A DNA stretch of 64,000 nt from Nitrosopumilus sp. (GCA_965197525.1 OZ240211.1:1-64000); one strand, 5' to 3'; positions 9,554 through 19,679 are shown, counted from the first letter of the stretch. The notes: generated by a model from the letters alone, not told the origin. Numbers and translations: made by a program.

Positions 9554-12500
9554 ATGAGTCGTGCTTTGTTTGTATTATTGTTAGTAGTGTCATCTGTATC
9601 TATATTTTCAGCTGGGTTTGTCTTACCTGCACATGCACAAACGTCTCAAAACGTTGTAATTAATGAGCTAGACGTTAATCCTCCTGGAAGTGACAGCAGA
9701 TCTGCTGTTGAATGGGTTGAACTATACAATCCTACTGATTCTGCCATTGATTTGAGTGAATGGAAGATTGCATCAACTACCACGTTAAAGAAGACATTGA
9801 CTATTCCTTCTGGAACTGTTATAGAGCCCCAAGATTACATGGTCTTTCTTCATCAGAGTCTTTGGTTCTCTGATACCCTTGAATCAGTCGAACTACTGGA
9901 TCAGAATGATGTACTCGTTGACAAAACCCCAATACTAGTTGATCTTGACAATGACATTAATTCTTGGCAGCGAATCTCTGATGGGTTTGATCTTGACAGC
10001 ATAAATGATTGGAAATTTGCATTAACTACTGTCGGTGGTTCAAACGGAAAGATTGTTTCATTGCCTGATGTTGTTGCGTTATCTATGACTGTCTCCACTA
10101 CAGAATCATCGTATACCCTTGGTCAGACTGCTGTAATCCAAGGAACCGTATCTGAATTAGCATACGCTGATAGAAATTTTCTTACTCCTGCATCAGTTAC
10201 TGTGCTAATTTCAGGCCCTAATTTTGCAAGGACTACAACAATATATCCTGATTCTGATTTGAATTATTCTACAACACTTAGCTTGCAGCAAACACAGAGA
10301 GTTAATCCCGGTATTTATGTTGTAACTGCAACTTATGGGGATGCATCTGCAACCACTCAGTTCACAGTAAACCCTGCTGATTCCGGTCCAATTGTAACTA
10401 CTCCGCCAATTGTTATCACTACTGATAAACCGCAATACTTTCCAGGTGAGACAGTCTTCATCACAGGTGCTGTAGCTGACCTAGTCCAGTATAGATCAAT
10501 GGCATTTAGAGTCACTGATTCTAATGGTGATCTTGTAGCAGATGGCACTTTGCTTCCAACTAACGATGAATTTCTAACTGACGTCTTTCTTAGTCATGTT
10601 AATCCGGTATATGGCGTTTATACTATAACTGCCACGTATTTCCACATGTCTACCTCTGTCACTTTTAGTGTCTTAGAGGAGACTCAGAATGCTGATGTGA
10701 TACTATTATCAACTGCAAAACCAGCTTTTGGTTTAGGTGATCAAATACAAATTAACGGTAGATTAAACCAGGTATGGACTGCTGCATTAGATTTAGCGAT
10801 AACTCAGACTACTTTGTCTGGTGTTGCTACAGATTTTGAGATTATAGATGAATTACGCGTCTCTGATGATGGCTTGTTTGATTATACCTTTACCGTCTCT
10901 GGTGATTCAAGTGGCATAGGACTCTATACCGTTACAGTATCTCAAAATGATGTAGTCTCCTCTTCTTCGTCTCTCATTGTCCACGTAGTTGATAACCCTG
11001 GCGAGTTTGTTGCTTCTGATGATCTGTTTACCGTATCTGTTGATAATGATATCTACACGTTAGGTGACAAGGCGGTAATATCTGGACTTATTACAGATTC
11101 ACGTCTTGACTCAATCTATGCTGTTGGATCTGGATTACAAATCTTAGTAACTAGTGCAGATAGTAATTCTGATTCGTTGGCCATGCAGGCCTCGCAAAAT
11201 AGTTTTAATACTGATATTCATGGACAGCGATTCGTAGAATATAGTTTTGCAGCTGTCCCTGACTCATCTGGGCGTTACTCTGTAGACTTTGTCATAACTC
11301 CTGGCACTTTCTCTGCTGGGGACTATGTTGTAACTGCCAAATATTTTGATCGTAGCATTACTACTACATTTACCGTAATCGAATCCCTGGCATTCATTGG
11401 CGATCCAATAATCACGCTTGACAAGCAAGTGTACGGCCTAGGTGAGACCATTATGCTTTCAGGTATTGCTCCTGCTACTGCTGCATTGGGAGTTGACATA
11501 ACCATAACAAAACCTGATGGCACTGTAATTGATTCTAGAACTTCAATTGATGATCAACGCTTCTCATGGTCTTGGGTCACACCTACACGTGAACTACGTC
11601 AAGACCTTCCATCATCAGCTAGCGATCGAGTTGCACCTAAATCAAACTTTGGTATATACAAACTACAAGCATCCGTTGACAGATTGCATAGCGAACTATT
11701 CTTCAAAGTTTCAAAAGATCCTGAAAATGACTTTATATCCACAGCTCCGTTGTTTGTATCTACTGACAAGTCATTGTACCTGCCAGGCGATACATTGCAA
11801 GTATCTGGCAGTGTTCTTTTAGAACCCCAAGCAAATGAGTCATTTCTGCCTCCTAAACGTGTAACAGTCCAAGTAATCGACAGTAACTCTTCTCCATCAA
11901 AGGTCGTCTACGAATCCAAAGTATATCCACAACAGGGCGGTCTCTTCTCCAGCTCTTTTGATCTCCCTCTCACAGTCTTTACAGAAGAGACATACCTAGT
12001 TAAAGCTACTTTTGAGAAGCTCTCTGAGACTATCACGTTTGGTGTTGTCAATGATTATGGGCGTGAGACTATTGATGATACTCCGGCATCTCTATTGTTG
12101 TCAACTGACAAAGAACAATATTTTCTGGGAGATGTGGTAACGATCACTGGACTATCAAGTAAATTAACTTATGTAGAATCGTTTGATGTTAGTATATCTC
12201 AGCAAATAAATTCCGATGATGTTGCATGTGATACACTCTTTTGTGGTGTACAGCTGGGTCCTGTCACATCTGTTCCGCCCAGCTCATCGGCTTCATTTAC
12301 ATATCAATTTACCATTCCTGACGCAGATTCTGCACTGGGTTCATACCAAGTAGCAGTTGATGCTGGCTTTGATATGCAATCTATCTTGTTTGATGTGGTA
12401 CAAGAATCCTCTACTACATCAGCATCCCCACCTAGTACCGTAATTATCAAAGAGAATAGAATCCCTGATAGTGATATTACCATATCTACTCCTCTCACAC

Positions 12501-12871
12501 ATATTCACGATACTAACTATGCACCACGTGTACTGTCCGGCTCGCTAATCACCTCATCCCTTGATGCCTACTCAATCGTCAATCTCAGGGTGTCCACTCA
12601 AGACGGACTATGCATAATTGGACCTAGTGTTGATTGTCTTGTATCTGAGTCTACCCAAGTACCTGGTTCCATATATGATGTAGTTGAGATTGATGGCACA
12701 AGCTTTAACGTACGTTATTCAGGTCCTGACGTGCGTCTGGAAAAATTCAGCATATTGCCTGAATCCTCTGATGAGTTTTTGCCTGACGTTGATTGGGATG
12801 TTCAGATTCTCAAAGATGATCAGGTCTCACGATTCTATTACAAGGTAACTTACAAGTCATTACTAGAGTAG
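9554..12871 (+). CDS. Secreted lamin-tail-domain surface protein with multiple Ig/MG2-like domains
   Basis: Signal peptide ending AHA-Q; VVINELDVNPPG..EWVELYNP lamin tail motif; repeated 'TDK..Y..G..V.I.G' beta-sandwich starts; 1105 aa. Confidence 0.85.
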   Translation: MSRALFVLLLVVSSVSIFSAGFVLPAHAQTSQNVVINELDVNPPGSDSRSAVEWVELYNPTDSAIDLSEWKIASTTTLKKTLTIPSGTVIEPQDYMVFLHQSLWFSDTLESVELLDQNDVLVDKTPILVDLDNDINSWQRISDGFDLDSINDWKFALTTVGGSNGKIVSLPDVVALSMTVSTTESSYTLGQTAVIQGTVSELAYADRNFLTPASVTVLISGPNFARTTTIYPDSDLNYSTTLSLQQTQRVNPGIYVVTATYGDASATTQFTVNPADSGPIVTTPPIVITTDKPQYFPGETVFITGAVADLVQYRSMAFRVTDSNGDLVADGTLLPTNDEFLTDVFLSHVNPVYGVYTITATYFHMSTSVTFSVLEETQNADVILLSTAKPAFGLGDQIQINGRLNQVWTAALDLAITQTTLSGVATDFEIIDELRVSDDGLFDYTFTVSGDSSGIGLYTVTVSQNDVVSSSSSLIVHVVDNPGEFVASDDLFTVSVDNDIYTLGDKAVISGLITDSRLDSIYAVGSGLQILVTSADSNSDSLAMQASQNSFNTDIHGQRFVEYSFAAVPDSSGRYSVDFVITPGTFSAGDYVVTAKYFDRSITTTFTVIESLAFIGDPIITLDKQVYGLGETIMLSGIAPATAALGVDITITKPDGTVIDSRTSIDDQRFSWSWVTPTRELRQDLPSSASDRVAPKSNFGIYKLQASVDRLHSELFFKVSKDPENDFISTAPLFVSTDKSLYLPGDTLQVSGSVLLEPQANESFLPPKRVTVQVIDSNSSPSKVVYESKVYPQQGGLFSSSFDLPLTVFTEETYLVKATFEKLSETITFGVVNDYGRETIDDTPASLLLSTDKEQYFLGDVVTITGLSSKLTYVESFDVSISQQINSDDVACDTLFCGVQLGPVTSVPPSSSASFTYQFTIPDADSALGSYQVAVDAGFDMQSILFDVVQESSTTSASPPSTVIIKENRIPDSDITISTPLTHIHDTNYAPRVLSGSLITSSLDAYSIVNLRVSTQDGLCIIGPSVDCLVSESTQVPGSIYDVVEIDGTSFNVRYSGPDVRLEKFSILPESSDEFLPDVDWDVQILKDDQVSRFYYKVTYKSLLE

Positions 12872-12987
12872 TAGTAGTAGTAAGTTCAAAATACTCGTGT
12901 CTTTTTGTATATCTTAAATTGATAGTCCGGCAACATAGATTAGACCCAGTAGCAGTACTGCAGGACGTCGGACATGCATACATGATA

Positions 12988-13257
12988 TCAACCAGTACTG
13001 GAACCATGACCCAACCCGGGAAAATCATTCCGAAATTCTTGGATTTCTTCGACGGTATTCTTTTTTAAAATCTGGATCGTGTTGCGCCGTACGTACCTTT
13101 CTGTAATTTTGCGGGTGTTGTTATCAAGTAGTTCACTTTCCACAACATGAGAGGGGATGACTAGATCATGGCCTAACAACGCAATTTTCTCCATCAACTC
13201 CGGGCAGCTAATCTCATTACACACTGCAATCATTGTAGTGGCATCTAATATTTTCAA
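12988..13257 (-). pseudogene. Truncated PIN-domain (DUF3368/VapC-like) ribonuclease
   Basis: N-terminal ILDAT, 'IPSHVVESEL' and 'PGLGHG' match PIN motifs, but the ORF stops where GE and the later acidic residues are expected; starts 3 nt after the upstream gene's stop. Confidence 0.55.
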
Positions 13258-13260
13258 GAT

Positions 13261-13845
13261 TTATCTTAATACCGCCATCCGTTTGTCCTTCATTTTTTTA
13301 ATTATGTAATCCTGTGACCTGCCTAGCAGTTCGGCTGCACGCTGGGAGCTAATTTTTTGTTTTCTAATCAGTGACAGTATGTAATTTTCCATGTTTGGTT
13401 TCAGATTTTCATATTCGACTGACTCTTCGGTCATATCAGGATATGCAGAATAGATGTATGCAAGCAGTTCGTTGCTGGTCATGTCGTTGAGGAATTTTTT
13501 GTACTCGTCTAGGACTTTGAGGATCTTTTCGTCCTCATGTTTGGACAGTTCTTGTGCTATCTCTTTGCCGGTTTTAGTCAGGGCGATTTCTCCGGTACTG
13601 CTAGTCAGTACTCCTATTTGCTCTAGGTATTGTTCCTCTTCATCTAGCACTTCGCTGTACGGACCATAGTTGTCTGCGTCGTAGCTGTTCTGTTCTTTGA
13701 TCTCTTCGATTTTATCTGAGAGAAGATACATCATTTTTTGAAGTTTCGTCCTTCCCTTAATAGGCTCGCCGCTGGCATTTGCTAGTAAAATGATGAATTT
13801 ATGTAGTTCATCTCCGTCTTCTAATATTTTTTCCTTGATTCCCAT
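13261..13845 (-). CDS. DUF4065/Panacea-like (SocA/YwgA-type) protein with C-terminal HTH; putative antitoxin
   Basis: GRTKLQKMMYLL and ADNYGPYSE motifs; C-terminal ISSQRAAELLG resembles a UPF0175-type HTH. Confidence 0.65.
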   Translation of the reverse strand: MGIKEKILEDGDELHKFIILLANASGEPIKGRTKLQKMMYLLSDKIEEIKEQNSYDADNYGPYSEVLDEEEQYLEQIGVLTSSTGEIALTKTGKEIAQELSKHEDEKILKVLDEYKKFLNDMTSNELLAYIYSAYPDMTEESVEYENLKPNMENYILSLIRKQKISSQRAAELLGRSQDYIIKKMKDKRMAVLR

Positions 13846-13942
13846 GTCTCTATATCACCCATAGTTACTAATATTATTGGTTATAATATAATAATCAACA
13901 GTTTTTTATTTGCCCTTGTAGAAAGCACTAATTTTTTGAACA

Positions 13943-14119
13943 TTAGGTATGAATTGCTCCCTCTAACTGTCCAAGCTCCCTGAGCGCTTCTGTCTTGCCT
14001 ATGCATGTTCATGACAAGTGAGGGTCTGCCTCAAGTGCCAGTTCATAACAGTGTAGGGAATACTCGTATTTTTTTTCTGAGAACAGGTGATTACCATTCT
14101 GAATCAAGGTCTCGGACAT
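13943..14119 (-). pseudogene. TPR-repeat protein remnant with internal stop
   Basis: Manual translation MSETLIQNGNHLFSEKKYEYSLHCYELALEADPHLS*TCIGKTEALRELGQLEGAIHT* fits the TPR consensus. Confidence 0.55.
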
Positions 14120-14424
14120 GAACATACACACGAATCAAACCAATAGAACCCTACTTGTGCAGATCTTTTGAATTCTAGTACAGGAACATTCTCAACATCT
14201 CTCTTACTTTTGTCATGTGGCAGAACATACCAGTTATGAACCGGTTATGCAGTGTTTTAGGTTCCACGCGTATGCCGTTTGCCGGGAGTGGACTGCCGGT
14301 CATTTGATATCCTTTGCCTTTCTGCCACGTCACATCCATGCAAAATCAGTAAATCGTCTAGATTTAAATCCAAATTTTGTGCAACATGTTCTACTGAAAA
14401 TAGAGAATTCATTAGTAGATTTAT

Positions 14425-15156
14425 TCAAATTAAAAATTTACAAACATCTTCTCCTGTGTCTGTCAAAGATATCCGATGATTAGTTCCAATTTGAGTCACT
14501 TTGATAAATTTCCACTTCTCTTCAAGTGGTTTTATTATATGGTGATCCAATTTTGCATAGTCACTTTGAGTCACTTTGTCATTTTTTGAGTCGATCAGAT
14601 TATTTTCTATTGCAAGTTTAGCAAGAGTTTTTTTGTTCAAATTGTTATTTTGTTGTGCTATATCCAGTGCTTTTATCAAGATGGGTTCTGGTTTTTGGAT
14701 GGTATATTCTGGAAGTTGTATAATATCTCTGATTCCTGAAGACTGTGGTGCTTCTGATGGCTTTTCATATTTTTTTGGCTCTACATAATACGGTATTGGG
14801 CAATATTCTTTGAATATCATGCACGCCATCATCCCTGCAATCGCCTGAATTTTAGATCCTGACGAGACATTTACATAATACGTATTGTCTTTTTCTTCAC
14901 TTGCAATACTTTTCACACTCTTGATTATGCTGAGCAGGTTTAATCTGTCTAGCTCCTTGATATCAAACTCAATTCTTTCTTTTTGTAGCCTTGCTTTGAT
15001 ATCCTCAAGATACAATTTTGCCTTGGTCTTTTTCGGATTGTTGTGTATCAGTATCCAAACCTTGTCTGCCTTTAGCTTTATTGCAGGTAAGACAATCCTG
15101 TCGGATTCAAAGCCTAGTGGGGCAATATGAATGCGTAATCGTGCATGTTTATTCAT
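14425..15156 (-). CDS. CARF-like + winged-HTH regulator (HFX_2341/DUF6293, Csa3-like architecture)
   Basis: IHIAPLGFESDR, YYVNVSSGSKIQA (CARF ligand-loop-like), PYYVEP, C-terminal wHTH 'NKKTLAK...YAKLDHHIIKPLEEKWKFI...ISLTDTG'. Confidence 0.75.
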   Translation of the reverse strand: MNKHARLRIHIAPLGFESDRIVLPAIKLKADKVWILIHNNPKKTKAKLYLEDIKARLQKERIEFDIKELDRLNLLSIIKSVKSIASEEKDNTYYVNVSSGSKIQAIAGMMACMIFKEYCPIPYYVEPKKYEKPSEAPQSSGIRDIIQLPEYTIQKPEPILIKALDIAQQNNNLNKKTLAKLAIENNLIDSKNDKVTQSDYAKLDHHIIKPLEEKWKFIKVTQIGTNHRISLTDTGEDVCKFLI

Positions 15157-15157
15157 T

Positions 15158-15182
15158 ATAGTATGTTCATTAAAGATACTAT
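15158..15182. promoter_or_regulatory. 7-11-7 inverted repeat, candidate operator between divergent genes
   Basis: ATAGTAT (15158-15164) N11 ATACTAT (15176-15182) immediately upstream of the CARF-HTH start codon. Confidence 0.35.
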
Positions 15183-15232
15183 GTTGATGGTATTTAATAA
15201 TTTGTTTCCGCTAAACTGTGTTATGACGGCAC

Positions 15233-15649
15233 ATGCTATCTTGGAATCATCAGGGAGGTTTGATGATCAAAGAGATGAAGAATCGGTGGTGTATGGGAGG
15301 CACAACTAGTTTGAGATCTGATAATGAGACAATAAATTATGTATATGAAAAAACTGACGGTTATTGTTATTATTGTGGTAAGAGATTATCTTTTAAAAAT
15401 TACGGCAAACCTGGAAATCATGGTGCGTGGGAAATTGATCACAGTAAACCAAAGTCAAAGGGCGGCACCGATTATCGTAGGAATCTGGTTCCCGCATGTG
15501 TGGCCTGCAACAGGGACAAAAGTGCAAGAAGAGGCTCAAACTACAAAAGAAAGTTTGAACCCGCGACACTTGGCGGTCAGCTAGTCAAGCAATTGGGATT
15601 GCCTGAAGGATTTATGGGCGCATCAAGAAGGAAGACGGATAGGAGATAG
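15233..15649 (+). CDS. HNH endonuclease (likely start 15263 after GGGAGGT)
   Basis: CYYCG...WEIDHSKPKSKGGTDYRRNLVPACVACNRDK. Confidence 0.9.
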   Translation: MLSWNHQGGLMIKEMKNRWCMGGTTSLRSDNETINYVYEKTDGYCYYCGKRLSFKNYGKPGNHGAWEIDHSKPKSKGGTDYRRNLVPACVACNRDKSARRGSNYKRKFEPATLGGQLVKQLGLPEGFMGASRRKTDRR

Positions 15650-15652
15650 GAT

Positions 15653-15919
15653 ATGGCTTATAGAAAAAAATCCGTACGACGTAAAGTTCAAAGCATAGTT
15701 GACGGCGATACTATCAAGGTTCGTAGAAAGGTAAGAGGATCTCAATATATCAGAATTGCAGGGCTGAATGCGCCTGAAAAGGGGAGGAGAGGATATGCAT
15801 CTGCCAAGAAAAACCTTTCAAGAATTAACGGCAAGACTGTCACAGTAACACCAAAGGCAAGGTCATACGGCAGAGTGGTTGCCAATGTAACTTACAAACG
15901 CAAGAGGATCAGAGACTAA
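15653..15919 (+). CDS. Minimal, very basic thermonuclease (SNase) family protein
   Basis: VDGDTI, IRIAGLNAPE, SYGRVVA; lacks C-terminal helices; K/R-rich. Confidence 0.8.
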   Translation: MAYRKKSVRRKVQSIVDGDTIKVRRKVRGSQYIRIAGLNAPEKGRRGYASAKKNLSRINGKTVTVTPKARSYGRVVANVTYKRKRIRD

Positions 15920-15920
15920 G

Positions 15921-16219
15921 ATGGCGTTGAAATGGAGTGAGCCGATTTACTATGGTGGCAATGAAGGTTATGTCCGGCCGGACTATGATGGCGTTTATGT
16001 AATTGCAAAAGAGGAAGGCGACAAGACGAAAGCAATCTATGTTGGATAGGGAAAAATAAAAGATAGAATGCAGCTCATGAATGAAGCGATGATCCAAATG
16101 AATGCTTGAAAGATTTTATGAAAAGACGGAACAGCAAGACCAAAGTTTTTCATGCGCGAATTGATTCAGAAGAAGAGCGCAATGATGCAGAGTATACGAT
16201 CCGGCATGGGTATCTCTGA
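15921..16219 (+). pseudogene. GIY-YIG nuclease-like gene with in-frame stop and frameshift (not in ORF track)
   Basis: MALKWSEPIYYGGNEGYVRPDYDGVYVIAKEEGDKTKAIYVG*GKIKDRM; after a frameshift SDDPNECLKDFMKRRNSKTKVFHARIDSEEERNDAEYTIRHGYL*; ATG 1 nt after the SNase stop. Confidence 0.65.
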
Positions 16220-16262
16220 ATAACCCTATACTTTTATTCTGACTGTTGTTTTAGTTGTACTG

Positions 16263-16481
16263 ATGGTACAGTGCAAAAAATTATCTGGAATGGGGGTCGC
16301 TCTTGTTATTGGCGGATTGATTTGGATGAATTATGTACTACCTGTAATTAAATCAGCCCCAGAATCATTGAATTTTGATATACCTTATGCAGAATTGTGG
16401 GGTTCACTTATGTTTTGGTCAGGAGTTGCTATGTTAATTACTTCTGGAATTATTGTCGCTTATCGTAAACTACAACGGTAA
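16263..16481 (+). CDS. Small two-TM membrane protein
   Basis: 72 aa, two hydrophobic helices, basic C-terminus. Confidence 0.55.
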   Translation: MVQCKKLSGMGVALVIGGLIWMNYVLPVIKSAPESLNFDIPYAELWGSLMFWSGVAMLITSGIIVAYRKLQR

Positions 16482-16621
16482 AATTTAAATCAATCACCAA
16501 ACGGCACGCAAATTGTATATTGAGTGTTAAATTCGGGACATAACAAATGGTATATTTCGAGACTGTTAAATTAGGAAGGTGTAAAGGATGGGGAAAAACT
16601 CGCAAAAAAATGAAGTGCATA

Positions 16622-18291
16622 CTATTCTGATTAAAGATCCGGACAAAATCGCTTTCACCATTGAAATCTAAATTAGATGTTCAAAAACAAGACAATCAAC
16701 TAAGATATGGAAGTGTCTTGAATAATACACGCAGTGCTAGAAGAGATCCGGATGTACATAGCCGTCACACGGTAATAATAACACAGAATGATCTGTTCAG
16801 TGTGCAGATATTTTGTGTATGCTGATCACTGTTGTATGATTGTAGGGCCTACAGGTATGATCCGCGGAGGGTGCCACGGCCCGTTTTGATTTTTGAGGGC
16901 CTCCTGCATATATCTGAACAGTTTGACTATGGCCACTTCTCTGCTGTGCAACAGCTGCCTGATCCTCTTTTGCAGCTCGTCTAGCCCTCCAAAAAACATG
17001 TCTGCAACTGCACGCCTTATCTCGCGCCACTGTATCTCGATTGGATTGTGCTGCGGGGTACGGGGAGGTAGAAACCACAAGATGACATCGCCCTTGGTGC
17101 TTTTAATATAGTTGCCCATCTGTCTGCCGGTGTGGGCTGCCGCGTTGTCAAGTATTACAAACACCTTGCCGTACCTGTATCTGAGATACTCCAAAAGTGC
17201 AATCGTACTATTGGCATCCGTCTTTTGATGGAACTGTATGTCAAGCGTGCCCAGTCCCAGTGCCCCTATGATCTTTATGCTCTTTTTTGAAAAATTAATC
17301 TGGACCGTGTCCTTTCCGCCTTTTGCCCGTATGCCCCGCGTCGATGAGGGCGCATCTACAAAGGCTGCGGCGTCCACACATACTGCTTTGTAATGCTTGT
17401 TGTCATATTTTTTGAGCATCTTTATGGTTTCGCAGATGTATTCATCCTGCTTTTCAGGCGTGGCACAGTTGTACGGCACGGGTCTTGCATATCTGACAGA
17501 GAAACCAATCTTTTTTGTCAGCTGTAACGCGCCGCTTGCACCGTACGCCACTTTGAACCTGTTTTTGATATGACAGGCGACAATCTTTGCGGTCCACGAA
17601 CCACGCAGAAAACCGCATTCTGCAGGACTTTTGCCAAGATCCATTCTCAGTCTGTTTTTTTGCTTGACAGAGAGGCGACACGGCCTTCCCGGACTCTTCC
17701 TGTCGTGTATGCGTTTGATTCCTCCGACGGCCAGACGCAGCAGCCACCCATAGACGGTACTTTTTGCAACTCCAAGAGCTTGGGATATCTGCCTGAATGA
17801 ACTGCATTGCTTTCTGAGTCTGACTGCCTGTAGCACGCACTTGACCTTGTAATCCGTGCTGCCTGCGTGCAGTGATTCAATGTCTGCCATATCGACATCT
17901 GGAAGAAACGATTTCCCTCGTTCCACTATACATGCAGCAGGGACATCCGTACTATGCAAGATATTTCTGCGTCTCATACCGGTCCGACCCTTCTGCCATA
18001 CCGCGCGTAGTTAGTTGGGATTAACTTGCAGTGAAGAAAAAATTTACATACGTTCTTAAGCGTTGTTCCTGTGAGTGTTTGTTGTGTGCGTCCCTTCATT
18101 TGTGGATATCTGAAGGGATTTCACACTGTATGTTATTAAGAGACGGTATCAATTACGTTTGAATTACAGCTAAACTGATTTAAAACGTAAGGCACGCACA
18201 TGCAGGATTGATCAGATCGTGTTGATTACCCATTCACGCATCTGTTGTAGGAACTTTTTCTAGAAAGTGTCCGGATCTTTAATCAGAATAG
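16622..18291 (-). mobile_element. IS630-family insertion sequence
   Basis: Perfect 24-bp TIR CTATTCTGATTAAAGATCCGGACA (16622-16645; reverse complement 18268-18291), flanked by TA on both sides (16620-21, 18292-93). Confidence 0.92.
16826..17977 (-). CDS. IS630 transposase
   Basis: N-terminal HTH (KSPGRPCRL, WTAKIV), DDE: VDAAAF, VILDNAAAH, PPRTPQHNPIEIQW. Confidence 0.92.
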   Translation of the reverse strand: MRRRNILHSTDVPAACIVERGKSFLPDVDMADIESLHAGSTDYKVKCVLQAVRLRKQCSSFRQISQALGVAKSTVYGWLLRLAVGGIKRIHDRKSPGRPCRLSVKQKNRLRMDLGKSPAECGFLRGSWTAKIVACHIKNRFKVAYGASGALQLTKKIGFSVRYARPVPYNCATPEKQDEYICETIKMLKKYDNKHYKAVCVDAAAFVDAPSSTRGIRAKGGKDTVQINFSKKSIKIIGALGLGTLDIQFHQKTDANSTIALLEYLRYRYGKVFVILDNAAAHTGRQMGNYIKSTKGDVILWFLPPRTPQHNPIEIQWREIRRAVADMFFGGLDELQKRIRQLLHSREVAIVKLFRYMQEALKNQNGPWHPPRIIPVGPTIIQQ

Positions 18292-18530
18292 TATGCATAT
18301 GACTGAATGTCGGGAGATCATGGTTATGGACTTGCGCGATAAGAGGAGAGAGTTTCCATGCTTGGAACCTAACTGTGATTAACCCTGGTGAATGGATGAA
18401 GAGTGTGCTGAGTGATAGAGCTCGTATAGATATGTGCCTAACAATCTTATCACGCTGAACACCACAACGCTTTGCAAAGTCGTACTCTGTATTTCCATAG
18501 ATCCGGCAATTGGTTTGATTCTGTCGTTTT

Positions 18531-19679
18531 TTACCTCATATTGCGTTCAAATTTCTTCTCGATTTCATTCGTGATCAGTTTGTACACATACAGATTTTCC
18601 GACTTGTGGTATCCGTCAGCAGCATACAAGGCAAGCTCGTACATCCTTCTCTTCATTACCCTCTGAGATACCTTGTACGACTTTAACGTCGATGGGATCG
18701 CTACCTCGAACTCATTGACAAAGTTCCGGAGCTCCGAAATTCCCTGCTCTGCATCATCTGGAGTAGGTATGTATGGCTCCGATTCAAGCCACGGGAGCCC
18801 AGCTATCTGCTGTCGTTTTTCTGCCCCCAGCATGCCAAACCACTTCTCCTCGCACTCTAGAGACAGGTTGTCAAAGAGGACATGTAGCCCGTTGTCGTTG
18901 TTTACTATGTGGTATATCAACCAGTCCATCTCCTTTCGTATTGGACCATATCTTTCCATGACGCATACGAGCAACTCCAGCATACTCTTCCAGAATTTTT
19001 TCAGCCGCCTGAGATAATTTGCATCTGCATAGCTTTTGGTGTCAAAGGAACCGTACGACGGCTCTAGGGAATATGGGGTCACGATGCTTTTGAGCCTCTT
19101 ATCATCCCTTGCCGGATCCTTTCTGCTGGGAATCTTTGGATATTTGTCATAGGATCTGTCGGGGTTTCGTATGATTATGCGACGGATCTGCCGGCTTTCC
19201 GCTATGACGTGTGAGAAGTCTTTCTGTGTTCTCCTAACGGATTTTTCATTGCGGCCCGACCCTGAACAGTCGTCCGTTCTGGGTAGGTTTTTCAGATCTT
19301 TCGTGGTGGGGTTGATCGACATTAGCAGGTCAAGTACTGCTACCTCTGCCAGTTTAACCAGTTGACTGTGTACGGTGGGCAAGTCCACTATTTCTGCATT
19401 TACTTGTCTCTTTACATGCCAGCTGTTCATATTCCTGTTGGCTCGAAAAAACATACGTTGCCACCATGCTTCAAAAGATTCGGAAGATGCCTTAAAGAGC
19501 ATGTCCATGCACCTGATGTTATGAATTTCACGACTTCTGTCTAGGAGCAAACCCTTAGACAGGCGTGTCTCAAATTGCTCTCCTTCGTATTCTCTGATCT
19601 TCACCTTGTCATCCATTTTGAGTAGGTATGTGGCTTTCCCTTTTAACTGAAGCGGACACTTGCGTACCCTATCTGACAA
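18531..19679 (-). CDS. Hypothetical protein (382 aa, no recognised family)
   Basis: Long ORF with normal charged/helical composition; no motif recognised. Confidence 0.6.
   Translation of the reverse strand: MSDRVRKCPLQLKGKATYLLKMDDKVKIREYEGEQFETRLSKGLLLDRSREIHNIRCMDMLFKASSESFEAWWQRMFFRANRNMNSWHVKRQVNAEIVDLPTVHSQLVKLAEVAVLDLLMSINPTTKDLKNLPRTDDCSGSGRNEKSVRRTQKDFSHVIAESRQIRRIIIRNPDRSYDKYPKIPSRKDPARDDKRLKSIVTPYSLEPSYGSFDTKSYADANYLRRLKKFWKSMLELLVCVMERYGPIRKEMDWLIYHIVNNDNGLHVLFDNLSLECEEKWFGMLGAEKRQQIAGLPWLESEPYIPTPDDAEQGISELRNFVNEFEVAIPSTLKSYKVSQRVMKRRMYELALYAADGYHKSENLYVYKLITNEIEKKFERNMR

Noticed and set aside
12867-12883. Five consecutive stop codons (TAG)4TAA after the lamin-tail gene
   Set aside because: Best explained as a simple trinucleotide slippage tract.
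16737-16761. Partial internal copy of the IS630 TIR (AGATCCGGA)
   Set aside because: Too short and degenerate to define an alternative end.
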